A stretch of DNA of 64,000 nucleotides from an uncultured bacterium. GTDB taxonomy: Bacteria > Bipolaricaulota > Bipolaricaulia > RBG-16-55-9 > DRJF01. The stretch covers positions 13,732-77,731 of the forward strand of contig CAJXGD010000002.1 of the NCBI GenBank assembly GCA_913053845.1. The letters run 5' to 3'. Both the position numbers and the translations under genes were made by a program. The notes beneath the pieces were generated by a model. The model was given only the letters and a program-made list of their open reading frames with translations, made no database searches and was not told the origin of the DNA. This document shows, piece after piece, positions 8,264 to 16,650 of this stretch. Positions within the stretch are counted from its first letter, which is position 1. Every line of letters starts with the position of its first letter.

Positions 8264-10621
8264 ATGAGCGAAGTTGCCAACGCCAAAACGCTGCGGGACC
8301 TGGAGTTCGAGCGGCTGCGGCAATTGGTCGCCGGCTACGCAGCCTCGCCGCTGGGACGGTCCGCCCTGGTGCGGTTGATGCCCTCGGCAGAACCGACGCG
8401 GGTGCGCGCCGAGCTGCAAGCCGTCCAGGAGATGGGGCAGGCTCTCCAGGAGACGGCGCTGTCGCTGGGTGAGCTGGAAGATCTGGAGCCGGTGCTGCTC
8501 CGCGCCCAAAACCACTTGACGCTGGAGGCCGACGATTTTTTGCAGACGCTGCGGACGCTTCGGGGCGCCCAGCACTGCCGGGTGGAGCTGGCGGAGTTGC
8601 AAGGAGATCATCCGGCCTTGCGCGCCCTGGCCCATCAGATTCAGCCCTTCACCGAGCTGGAGGGTGCCATCGCTCGCACCTTCAACGAAGAAGGCGAGAT
8701 GCTCCCTACCGCCTCGCCGCTGCTGCGCCGGCTCAAAAAGCGCAGGCGGCTGCTCGAAGAGCGTGCCGTAAAGAAGCTGCGCGCCCTGCTCAGCTCGCCC
8801 CAGTACGCCACCCTGATCCAGGAACCGCTGATCACCCGCCGCTCCAACCGGCTGGTCATCCCGATCAAGAGTGCCCTGAAGGGCGGGGTCGAATGTGTGG
8901 TGCATGACAGCTCCGACTCCGGCCAGACCCTCTATGTGGAGCCCACCTCGGTCATCGCCGAGAACAACGAGATTCGCGAGCTGGATTCCCAGATTCGCGA
9001 TGAGCAGTTGCGCATCTTGCAGGAGCTCACCGGGCGGCTCAAGGGCGAGTCGCGCCGGATGCGCGAGACGCTGCGCGCGCTGGCCCGGCTGGATTCGCTC
9101 TACGGGCGCGCCCGCTATGCCCTGGCCCACCAGGCTCATATCCCACAGCTCAACGAGCAAGGTCACCTCAAGCTGGTAAGCGCCCGCCACCCTCTGCTCG
9201 ACCCCGGCCGAGTGGTGCCGATAGATTTCGCGCTGGGAGACGAGCACCAGGGCGCGCTGATCACCGGGCCGAACACCGGGGGCAAGACTGTCTCGCTCAA
9301 GACGGTGGGCTTGCTCACGCTGATGACCCAGGCCGGCATACCCATCCCGGCCGAGCCGGGCAGCGAGATAGCTTGCTTCGAACTGCTCCGCTCCGACATC
9401 GGGGATGAGCAGTCGTTGGAGCAGAATCTGAGCACCTTCTCGGCCCATCTGCGCAATTTGGCCGGCATACTGGCCGAGGTGGGTCCGCGCGCGCTGGTGC
9501 TGATAGACGAGCTGGGCGCGGGGACCGATCCGCAGGAGGGTACAGCACTGGGGATCGCCGTGCTGCGGGCACTGCTGCGCTCCGGGGCCCGGCTGATGGT
9601 GACCACCCACTTCGGCGCGCTGAAGCATTACGCCTACCGGCACGCCGAGCTGAAGACCTATTCGGTGGACTTCGACGTGCGCACGCTCTCGCCGACCTAT
9701 CGGCTGCTCCCGGGAGTGGGTGCATCCAACGCCTTCATCATCGCCGAGCGGCTGGGACTTTCGGCGCAGATCATCGCCGACGCCAGGCATTTCATCGCCG
9801 AGGGGGCAATCCGGGCGGAGGAGATCATCGGCCAACTTCAGGAGGAGCACCGAGCGCTGGCCGAGGAGCGCACCCGGCTGCGTCGCAGTCAAACGCGCAG
9901 CGAGCAGGCCCAGCGCAGCTACGAAGAGCGCCAGCAGCAACTGGAGCGTGAGCAAGGCAAAGCGCTAGGCCAGGAGCTGCGCCGCCTGAGCCAGCAAGTG
10001 AAAAAAGCCCGGCGAGAGCTGGAGACACTGCTGCATCGCGCGCGGCGCGCCAGCGATGCCCAGGAGCTGCAAGCCGAGCTACGCAGGCTGCAAGAGATTT
10101 CCGGAGAGCTGGCTGCCGGTCAGGACCGGCTGGAGCAGGAAGCTGCCGACCGGGCGCTGCCGGCCGGAGAGCTGCGACCGGGCGAGCGGGTCTGGCTGGT
10201 CCCCTTAAACGAAGTGGCCTTGGTGCGGCGAGCTCTGGACAAGGAGCGGGTGCTGGTAGATATTGGCGGGCGGCGCATCCAGGTCAAGCGGAGCGAGCTG
10301 CGCGCTGCTCCGCCCGATGCGCCCCGGCGCAAGCCGAGCGGCTGGTCAGGCAAGTTGATCATAGCCCAGCGGCCGGCCCCGCCGCTGGAGCTGCAACTGC
10401 ACGGACTGTCGGTGAATGAGGCGCTGCCGCTGGTCGAAAGCTATCTCGATCGGCTGCTGCTGGCCGACCGCGGCCAGGGGGTGATCGTGCATGGCAAGGG
10501 CACCGGCACCTTGCGCCGCGCGGTGCGCCATCTGTTGGCTGAGCATCCGTGCGTCAAGAGCTTCTCCGCGGCACCGCTCGATCAAGGGGGCGAGGGGGTC
10601 ACCCTGGTCGAGCTTGACTAG
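8264..10621 (+). CDS. mutS2: endonuclease MutS2 (MutS domain plus C-terminal Smr domain)
   Basis: Walker A ITGPNTGGKTVSLKTVGL. DEL/GAGTDP. C-terminal Smr domain LHGLSVNEALP...VIVHGKGTGTLRRAVRHLL. N-terminal LRDLEFERLRQL matches the MutS2 start. Alternative GTG start at 8240. Confidence 0.9.
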   Translation: MSEVANAKTLRDLEFERLRQLVAGYAASPLGRSALVRLMPSAEPTRVRAELQAVQEMGQALQETALSLGELEDLEPVLLRAQNHLTLEADDFLQTLRTLRGAQHCRVELAELQGDHPALRALAHQIQPFTELEGAIARTFNEEGEMLPTASPLLRRLKKRRRLLEERAVKKLRALLSSPQYATLIQEPLITRRSNRLVIPIKSALKGGVECVVHDSSDSGQTLYVEPTSVIAENNEIRELDSQIRDEQLRILQELTGRLKGESRRMRETLRALARLDSLYGRARYALAHQAHIPQLNEQGHLKLVSARHPLLDPGRVVPIDFALGDEHQGALITGPNTGGKTVSLKTVGLLTLMTQAGIPIPAEPGSEIACFELLRSDIGDEQSLEQNLSTFSAHLRNLAGILAEVGPRALVLIDELGAGTDPQEGTALGIAVLRALLRSGARLMVTTHFGALKHYAYRHAELKTYSVDFDVRTLSPTYRLLPGVGASNAFIIAERLGLSAQIIADARHFIAEGAIRAEEIIGQLQEEHRALAEERTRLRRSQTRSEQAQRSYEERQQQLEREQGKALGQELRRLSQQVKKARRELETLLHRARRASDAQELQAELRRLQEISGELAAGQDRLEQEAADRALPAGELRPGERVWLVPLNEVALVRRALDKERVLVDIGGRRIQVKRSELRAAPPDAPRRKPSGWSGKLIIAQRPAPPLELQLHGLSVNEALPLVESYLDRLLLADRGQGVIVHGKGTGTLRRAVRHLLAEHPCVKSFSAAPLDQGGEGVTLVELD

Positions 10622-10711
10622 GTCGGGCAAGAGAGAAATCTTCCTCCCTTGGTCGGGGGGGTCAACTGGCGTGATCATCCAGGGATTGCCCCTGCGAGAA
10701 ATACGGGTGCG

Positions 10712-10830
10712 TCGGAAAACGCACCGGGGATTAAAATCCCCGGCTACGGTGAGGCACAAAACCCCTAACGGGGTTCTAGGCCGTGAACCCTCGTGAGAGG
10801 GTAGCCGGGGAATACGTTTGCCGGCGGGGA
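10712..10830. repeat. copy 1 of a ~100-nt hairpin-rich intergenic repeat
   Basis: CACCGGGGATTAAAATCCCCGG (hairpin), CACAAAACCCCTAACGGGGTT (hairpin), GAACCCTCGTGAGAGGGT (hairpin), GCCGG...CCGGCGGGG. Closely related copies at 11641 and 12100. Confidence 0.6.
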
Positions 10831-10841
10831 CTTGACTCCGG

Positions 10842-10875
10842 GGTTCAATGGGCTACAATAGCGACAGAACAAACA
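10842..10875 (+). promoter_or_regulatory. near-consensus sigma70 promoter upstream of the toxin-antitoxin operon
   Basis: TTGACT, 16-nt spacer, TACAAT. About 135-nt leader, then an AAGGAG ribosome-binding site before the ATG at 11013. Confidence 0.5.
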
Positions 10876-11012
10876 TCCAAGGGCAGTTGGATTCGCGTCG
10901 AAGGTTCCACGGTAGTTTTGTGTTGTTCCCTGGTAGCCGCGCTCTGGGCAGTCGCAGGCAACCCTTACCTTGAGGCAGGGGGGAGTTCCCCTAAGGTGGA
11001 AGGAGAAACAAG

Positions 11013-11261
11013 ATGCCGTCTTCAACCTTGCAGGAGCTGGAATGGGCCATTCAAGCATTACCTTGGTCAGAGCAACTGAGGCTGCTGGAATACCTGGCCG
11101 GCCAGGTACGCAAAAAGGCCGAAGCAGCCCAACGCTGGGCCGGAGGGGAGCTAGAAGCGCAATTGACAGCAATGGCCCAGGATCCTGCCATCCAACGTGA
11201 AGTAAAGGCCATCGCTCAGGAGTTCGCCCCCACCGAAGCCGACGGGCTCGATCTCCAATGA
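11013..11261 (+). CDS. putative type II antitoxin (partner of the MazF/PemK toxin)
   Basis: 82-aa helical acidic protein. The stop overlaps the toxin start (ATGA). Good ribosome-binding site. Confidence 0.5.
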   Translation: MPSSTLQELEWAIQALPWSEQLRLLEYLAGQVRKKAEAAQRWAGGELEAQLTAMAQDPAIQREVKAIAQEFAPTEADGLDLQ

Positions 11262-11653
11262 GCGTCCGGCGGGGAGAGATCTACTTCGTCAATCTGAATC
11301 CGGTGCGTGGGAGAGAGCAGGCCGGACAGCGGCCTGTGTTGGTGCTCTCCGTGGACACCATCAATAGCTTGCCGCTGGTGGTGACCGTGGTAGTCGGAAC
11401 CAAGGGGAGCAACGTACCCCGTGATTATCCGGCCAATGTTCGGGTATCAGCCCAGGAGAGCGGTTTGCCGATGGAGACTGTGTTTCTCTGTTTTCAGTTG
11501 CGATCGTTGGACCCTGAGCGCTTCTCCGATCAGCCTGCGGGTAGTCTGAGCCGGCCAAGCTACATGAGGTTGAAGCGGCAGTCCGTTACTGTCTGGGATT
11601 GTAACCTTAGCAGCACGAGGGCGGAATTGTTCCTAGCGACCACCGGGGATTAA
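11258..11653 (+). CDS. MazF/PemK family endoribonuclease toxin
   Basis: RGEIYFVNLNPVRGREQAGQRPVLVLS...LPLVVTVVVGTKG...RDYPANV...TVFLCFQLRSLDPERF is the canonical PemK/MazF pattern. Confidence 0.8.
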   Translation: MSVRRGEIYFVNLNPVRGREQAGQRPVLVLSVDTINSLPLVVTVVVGTKGSNVPRDYPANVRVSAQESGLPMETVFLCFQLRSLDPERFSDQPAGSLSRPSYMRLKRQSVTVWDCNLSSTRAELFLATTGD

Positions 11654-11765
11654 AACCCCCGGCTTGCGGTGAAGCACAAAACCACTACGGGGTTGTAGGT
11701 CGTGAACCCTTGTGAGAGGGTTTCCCTGATGTCAGGTAGCCGGGAAATTCATTTCCCGGCGGGGC
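11641..11765. repeat. copy 2 of the hairpin-rich repeat. It abuts the stop of the minus-strand gene and may also act as its terminator.
   Basis: CACCGGGGATTAAAACCCCCGG ... CACAAAACCACTACGGGGTT ... GAACCCTTGTGAGAGGGT ... CCGGGAAATTCATTTCCCGG (perfect 8-bp hairpin) GCGGGG. Confidence 0.6.
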
Positions 11766-12038
11766 TCAGGGCTCCTCCGGACCGCCATAGATGACATAGA
11801 CAGGCGTGCCGGCTAATATCAAATCAACCACTCGCTTGTCCATGGCTTTAGCTATCCGGCGAATCCGCTCCTCATCCGGCCCGTAGAGTTCTAGGAAGAC
11901 TCCTTCGTCATATCGAGTCACAATGCGATAGCCTATCTCAGGATGCTTGCCCTGCATCCGGCGCGCCATCTCTTTGGCTTTAGCGCGAGCGCCTTCGTAA
12001 TCTACCTCGTACTCAAAGACGGTTTCACTCTGGGCCAT
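11766..12038 (-). CDS. hypothetical protein (90 aa)
   Basis: Open frame with a GGAGAGAGG ribosome-binding site. No recognisable family. Flanked on both sides by repeat copies. Confidence 0.45.
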   Translation of the reverse strand: MAQSETVFEYEVDYEGARAKAKEMARRMQGKHPEIGYRIVTRYDEGVFLELYGPDEERIRRIAKAMDKRVVDLILAGTPVYVIYGGPEEP

Positions 12039-12099
12039 CGTGCAACACCTCTCTCCAGGCTACTTGCCAACGGGTAGGGACATAGCATGTTGGAGTTTA

Positions 12100-12200
12100 A
12101 CACCGGGGATTAGAACCCCCGGCTTGCGCTGAGGCACAAAACCCCTAACGGGGTTCCAGGCCCTGAACCCTCCTGAGAGGCTTTCCCGGTGGCCCGGTAT
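12100..12200. repeat. copy 3 of the hairpin-rich repeat
   Basis: CACCGGGGATTAGAACCCCCGG ... CACAAAACCCCTAACGGGGTT ... GAACCCTCCTGAGAGG ... CCCGGTGGCCCGG. Confidence 0.6.
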
Positions 12201-12213
12201 GACCGTTGCAGCC

Positions 12214-12657
12214 TCAAAAGACCTCGTCTGGGGCAACGCTCAAACCGGTCAGGAGCGGCGAGCGCAACGTCTGGCTTTTCTCATAACGCCCGGCCGGTTG
12301 GTAGCCCTGTGGCCCCAGCGCGAGCACTTCGATGGACTTGGAGTCGGGATCAACCAGCCAGTATTCCCGAACCCTGGAGCGGGCGTAGAGGGTGCGCTTG
12401 AAGCTGCGGTCCCGCCCGGCGGTGGCCGGGGAGAGGATCACGTCTAGTGGAGCATCATACACTTTACCTAAGTGATGATCACGGATATACCGGACAAGTG
12501 CAAAGTAAATCTTGCCTGAGATCTCTTGGTGATAGGGAATGGGCACAGGGGCCATTACGATCTCGCCTCCCAACAGCTCGTAGCGCTTGATCTCCGATTC
12601 GGGCAGGTTCCGATAATCTTCCAGCATGAACTTGAGCTTAACTTGAGTCTGGGCCAT
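12214..12657 (-). CDS. Uma2 family endonuclease (DUF820, PD-(D/E)xK-like)
   Basis: YELLGGEIVMAPVPIPYHQEISGKIYFALVRYIRDHHLGKVYDAPLDVIL...YVPDL-type core. Typical Uma2 length of 147 aa. Confidence 0.8.
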   Translation of the reverse strand: MAQTQVKLKFMLEDYRNLPESEIKRYELLGGEIVMAPVPIPYHQEISGKIYFALVRYIRDHHLGKVYDAPLDVILSPATAGRDRSFKRTLYARSRVREYWLVDPDSKSIEVLALGPQGYQPAGRYEKSQTLRSPLLTGLSVAPDEVF

Positions 12658-12804
12658 CGGCGATCACCCCCAGGCATTGTAACCGGTTTCGACCGGGGTC
12701 ATCAAGGCTCTCTTAGGGATGATTAGCTAGACAACGCGCGCCGCCGCACTGCCCATACCAGCAGGCTCATCAGCAACAATCTATCCTACCGGGGAGGAAA
12801 GCGC

Positions 12805-13770
12805 CTAGCTCGAGCGCAAGGCTGGCAGCACCTCATGCAGGAATCTCTCTAACTGCTCCTCCTGCGCGAAGGAGGCGAAGCGGACGATGATCGTCCCCGC
12901 TCCCGCCTGAGCGTACTGCCGGATGCGTGCTATAAGCCCTTCAGCAGGACCATAGGGTCCCCAGAGACCCTGCCAGATGTTCATGCCATAATAGTTGACG
13001 ATGAAGCGATCGGCTTCCTTCTCCGCCCGGTCTTTATCCCGGTTCAGGTTGACCGTCAGGTAACAAGCCGTCTCCATCCGGCCAAAATCTTTACCCAATT
13101 GCTGGGTGTGATGCCGGACTCTGGCGATGATCTGGGCGTAGGCCTCCGGAGTCTCGCTGATCGAAATCAAGCCGTCACCCAGCTCAGCCGCCCGCCGGAA
13201 CTGCGCCTCCTGACCGGCCCGCAAGTGGCAAGCCAAGAGGATTGGCACCCCTCCCCGCCGGATCGGCCGGGGCTCAAGATGGACACTATCAAGCTTGAAG
13301 TGCTGCCCGCGGAAAGAAACCTGCTCTTCAGAGCCCAAGCGTTTCAGGAGATAGACCAGCTCCTCCAGCCGCTGGGCTCGCCGGGAGGGCTCTACCCCCA
13401 CGGCCTGCCATTCGCGCCTCTGGGCTTCGTTAAACGCTCCGCCTACCCCGACGGCCAGCACCAGCCGACCTTGGGAGATCAGATCGAGGGTATGGGCAGC
13501 CTGGGCCAGGAGCAGCGGATGCCGCATGGCAGCCAGTAGCACCGCCGTGCCCAGGCGCACCCGACCGGTGCGCGCGGCCACCGCTGCCAGCACTGTCAGC
13601 GGCTCCAAGCGCGGCTTGGCCAGCAGGCTGTCGCCCACCCAGACCGAATCCAGCCCGGCCTGCTCGGCCCGTTCGGCCAGGCGGAAGATCAAGTCAGCAT
13701 CCGGGTCGCCTCGCAGCAACACCCCACGGGTGGGCAGGAGTAAGCCCAATTTGACTTGATCGGCGCTCAT
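12805..13770 (-). CDS. LLM-class (luciferase-like) oxidoreductase, probably F420-dependent. Last gene of the F420 operon.
   Basis: GLDSVWVGDSLLAKPRLEPLTVLAAVAARTGRVRLGTAVLLAAMRHPLLLAQAAHTLDLISQGRLVLAVGVGG is the LLM TIM-barrel signature. ATGA overlap with the cofC stop. Confidence 0.75.
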   Translation of the reverse strand: MSADQVKLGLLLPTRGVLLRGDPDADLIFRLAERAEQAGLDSVWVGDSLLAKPRLEPLTVLAAVAARTGRVRLGTAVLLAAMRHPLLLAQAAHTLDLISQGRLVLAVGVGGAFNEAQRREWQAVGVEPSRRAQRLEELVYLLKRLGSEEQVSFRGQHFKLDSVHLEPRPIRRGGVPILLACHLRAGQEAQFRRAAELGDGLISISETPEAYAQIIARVRHHTQQLGKDFGRMETACYLTVNLNRDKDRAEKEADRFIVNYYGMNIWQGLWGPYGPAEGLIARIRQYAQAGAGTIIVRFASFAQEEQLERFLHEVLPALRSS

Positions 13771-14396
13771 GTTATAGCTCTCCCTTCTTCGGTCAGCAGT
13801 CTGCTCAGCAGGACTGGGTCCCTGCTCTGGTATGCTTGCAGGTCTTCAGCGGTATCCAGGTCGCAGCTCAGCCCCAGACGCTCGCAGACGGCCACTGGTA
13901 GCCCCAGTTCACCCGCCTGGCTCAGGTGCCTCTGAAAACTGTCCGGCCCCAGAGCGGGCCAAAAGTCCGTTCCCACCGGGGCCAAAATGGCGTTGGTCCC
14001 TCGGCAGTGACGATCGGGTGCGAGGACTATCTTGGCAAAATTACCGGAGGCCACAACCAGCGCCCGGAGGTCACCGGCCGTGATGAAGGGCAGATCACCC
14101 GGCAGATAGAGCGCCGCTCTGCCCCGCTTCCAGGCTCTATCAAAGGCCCACTGCAAAGCGGCATTGAGACCTATGCCCTGCCCCGCCTGCCAGCAGGCTC
14201 CCCGCTCCAGGGCCGGCTGACGCACTCTCTCCCCACCGCCGACTACCCAGACTTCGCCTAGAGAAGCTCCCGCCGTCGCTTGCAGGACGCGTCTCAGCAT
14301 ATTGGCCGCCAGGTTCATCCGGCTCAAGGGGTCCAGCTCGGTGGCCAGGCGCGATTTAGCGCGTGCCAAGGGCTTCATGGGGATCACGGCGATCAT
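13767..14396 (-). CDS. cofC: 2-phospho-L-lactate guanylyltransferase CofC
   Basis: MIAVIPMKPLARAKSRLATELDPLSRMNLAANMLRRVL is the CofC/FbiD N-terminal motif (IP-K-AKSRL). MobA-like NTP-transferase fold. 6 nt downstream of cofD. Confidence 0.75.
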   Translation of the reverse strand: MIAVIPMKPLARAKSRLATELDPLSRMNLAANMLRRVLQATAGASLGEVWVVGGGERVRQPALERGACWQAGQGIGLNAALQWAFDRAWKRGRAALYLPGDLPFITAGDLRALVVASGNFAKIVLAPDRHCRGTNAILAPVGTDFWPALGPDSFQRHLSQAGELGLPVAVCERLGLSCDLDTAEDLQAYQSRDPVLLSRLLTEEGRAIT

Positions 14397-14402
14397 CCGA
14401 GA

Positions 14403-15341
14403 TCACGCCCGCAGCAGACGCAGGAGCAAATTGGCCAGCTCGACTCGGTCTTGATCGCTGCTCATGACCGTCTGAGCGATCTCCACCTGCAAGCCCAGCT
14501 CGCTAATGGCCTGTGCCTGATCAGCATCCTGCTCGTCTATGACGAAGATGTCGCAGAGCCCCAGGTACTGCCGCGCTGCACCCAGGCAGGAGATCTCATA
14601 GCCCAGCTCGCCCAGCAGCTTGCCGGCCGGACCACGCAACGCCTGGCCGTGCACGATGGGGCTTACTGCCAGCCGCGGGCCACGCGAGAAGCTGGCGATC
14701 CGGTCTCTCAGCCCTGCCAGCGCCAGGATCGGCGCAATGGAGAGAAAGGGGTTTGAGGGACAAAAGATCAGCCCGCTAGCCTGCTCCAAGGCCTGGGCAA
14801 ATTCGGGCGCTGGGCGGGCGTCCCCCGCTCCCTCGAAGCGCAAAGAGTGCACTTGGGGTCGGCAGCGGCACGCCACAAAATAGCGTTGAAAAGAGAGCTC
14901 GCCCTCGTCGGTGATCACGACGGTGCGCAGGCGCTCATCGCTCATGGGCACGACCCTATGCTGCACTCCCAAGCTCTGGCAGAGCCTGCGGGTAACCTGA
15001 GAGAGACTCTGACCTGCGCTGAGCAACCGGCTGCGCTGGATGTGAGTGGCCAGGTCGCGATCTCCCAGCTTGAACCAGCTAGGGGCTCCATAGTGAGCCA
15101 TCATATCTAGCACATTGAAACTGTCGCCTTCAATCCCCCAGCCGGTCTGGGGATTGGCCAGGCCGGCTAGGGTGTACATCACCGTGTCCAGGTCGGGCGA
15201 GACGTGCAAATCATAAAATTCCTCATCGTCGCCGGTGTTGACCACGATGAGCAGCTCTTCAGGGGGAAGAACCTGAGCCAGACCCCAGGCCAGCTTAGCC
15301 CCACCCACGCCGCCTGCCAGCGCCAGCAGCGGACAGTTAAT
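14403..15341 (-). CDS. cofD: 2-phospho-L-lactate transferase CofD. The start codon is uncertain: ATT at 15339-15341 is proposed, and the first canonical GTG at 15308 lies inside the conserved Gly-rich motif.
   Basis: The conserved N-terminal motif LALAGGVGGAKLAWGL extends upstream of the GTG at 15308. The rest matches CofD/LPPG:Fo transferase. GGGGGAG Shine-Dalgarno 4 nt before the ATT. Confidence 0.85.
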   Translation of the reverse strand: MNCPLLALAGGVGGAKLAWGLAQVLPPEELLIVVNTGDDEEFYDLHVSPDLDTVMYTLAGLANPQTGWGIEGDSFNVLDMMAHYGAPSWFKLGDRDLATHIQRSRLLSAGQSLSQVTRRLCQSLGVQHRVVPMSDERLRTVVITDEGELSFQRYFVACRCRPQVHSLRFEGAGDARPAPEFAQALEQASGLIFCPSNPFLSIAPILALAGLRDRIASFSRGPRLAVSPIVHGQALRGPAGKLLGELGYEISCLGAARQYLGLCDIFVIDEQDADQAQAISELGLQVEIAQTVMSSDQDRVELANLLLRLLRA

Positions 15342-15342
15342 C

Positions 15343-16650
15343 TTACTCCCCCTGCTCGCCTGAGGCTTGTGCCTGCCGATAACGGAAGCGCTCCATCCGG
15401 ATCAGTTGAGAATAGGAGCCGAAGCGCTCCGCAGTGATCCCATCTATCTGATCCAAGGGTTCAGCAGGATCGTCGGATGGCCGATCGAAGACGCGGCGAA
15501 TCTGGTAGGTGGTAGAACGCTCGGCGGGGATGCGTCCGGCGGCCCGGATCAGTCGCCTAAACTCGGCCGGGCGCATCAGTTGGCCATTCTGCGCTCCGGC
15601 AGAGGTGGAGATGCTCTCATTGATCAGTGTGCCACCCAGGTCGTTGGCTCCGGCTGACAACAGGATCTGTCCCAGACGAGGCCCCTCCTTGACCCAGGCC
15701 ACTTGCAGATTGGGGATCCAATTGCCCAGCATCAGCCGGGCTACGGCGTGGACCCTCAGGATCTCCAGACCAGAGGGACCGGGGCGCACCCCTGCCACCA
15801 GGCCGTGCCGGACCATAGGCGCCTCGGAATGTACAAAACTCAAGGGCACGAACTCGGTAAATCCCCCGGTTGATCGCTGGATATCGCGCAACAGCGCCAG
15901 ATGGCAGGCCACCTGCTCAGGGGTCTCCAAATACCCGTACATCATGGTGCAGGTGGTGGGAATGCCCAGCTCATGCGCCGTAGTGATCACTTCGACCCAG
16001 TGCTCGACGCTGATCCGCCCGCGTGAGACCCGGTCGCGCAGCCCTTGATCGAGTATCTCGGCCGCGGTGCCGGGCAGGGAGCCTACCCCGGCCGCCTGTA
16101 AAGCCTGCAAGTACTCTTTGACCGAGCAGCGCGAGCGCAGAGCGCCGTAGAGAACCTCTTCAGGAGAAAAGCCATGAATGTGAATCTCTGGCACTTCGGC
16201 TTTGACCGCTTCGCAGATGCGAATATATAGATCGCCTTTCATCTGGGGCGGAAGACCGGCCTGGATGCAGACTTCGGTCGCCCCAAACTCCCAGGCCTCT
16301 TTGGCCCGCCGGGCAACCTCACTGAGCGGCAAGAAATAGCTCTCTTCTTCTTGATAGTCGCGGCTGAAGGCGCAGAAGCCACAGCGCTTGATGCAGACGT
16401 TGGTGAAGTTGATATTGCGGTTGACCACGTAGGTCACCCGCTCCCCCACCTGGCGGCGGCGCAGCTCATCGGCAGCGCTGATTAGTGTCAAGAGCTCGCG
16501 CCCGGTGCTGCCCAAGAGCCGGCGGGCCTGCTCGGCGGAGATGTCTTGGCCTTCCAGGGCCCGGCCCAGCGCCCGGGCCAGCGGAAGCTCAAGGCCAGAC
16601 AACAACTGTTCCAGGGGGGCTCCGGCGAACTCATCGTGAGGCGCTGGCAT
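15343..16650 (-). CDS. cofH: FO synthase subunit 2, CofH (radical SAM)
   Basis: NINFTNVCIKRCGFCAF radical-SAM cluster motif, identical in style to the CofH half of FbiC. Alternative upstream start at 16665. Confidence 0.85.
   Translation of the reverse strand: MPAPHDEFAGAPLEQLLSGLELPLARALGRALEGQDISAEQARRLLGSTGRELLTLISAADELRRRQVGERVTYVVNRNINFTNVCIKRCGFCAFSRDYQEEESYFLPLSEVARRAKEAWEFGATEVCIQAGLPPQMKGDLYIRICEAVKAEVPEIHIHGFSPEEVLYGALRSRCSVKEYLQALQAAGVGSLPGTAAEILDQGLRDRVSRGRISVEHWVEVITTAHELGIPTTCTMMYGYLETPEQVACHLALLRDIQRSTGGFTEFVPLSFVHSEAPMVRHGLVAGVRPGPSGLEILRVHAVARLMLGNWIPNLQVAWVKEGPRLGQILLSAGANDLGGTLINESISTSAGAQNGQLMRPAEFRRLIRAAGRIPAERSTTYQIRRVFDRPSDDPAEPLDQIDGITAERFGSYSQLIRMERFRYRQAQASGEQGE

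Noticed and set aside
8201-9955. 584-aa ORF on the minus strand
   Set aside because: It lies entirely antisense to the well-supported mutS2 gene. It has no motifs. Long spurious antisense ORFs are expected at this GC content.
10712-12200. Possibility that the three repeats form a CRISPR array or are tRNA-like genes
   Set aside because: The repeats are about 100 nt long with 900- and 460-nt irregular spacing, and the intervening DNA encodes proteins. There is no cloverleaf, and no anticodon or T-loop pattern. They are neither CRISPR nor tRNA.
12189-12447. Two small + strand ORFs (70 and 82 aa)
   Set aside because: They are antisense to the Uma2 gene, which has clear family motifs. There is no ribosome-binding site.
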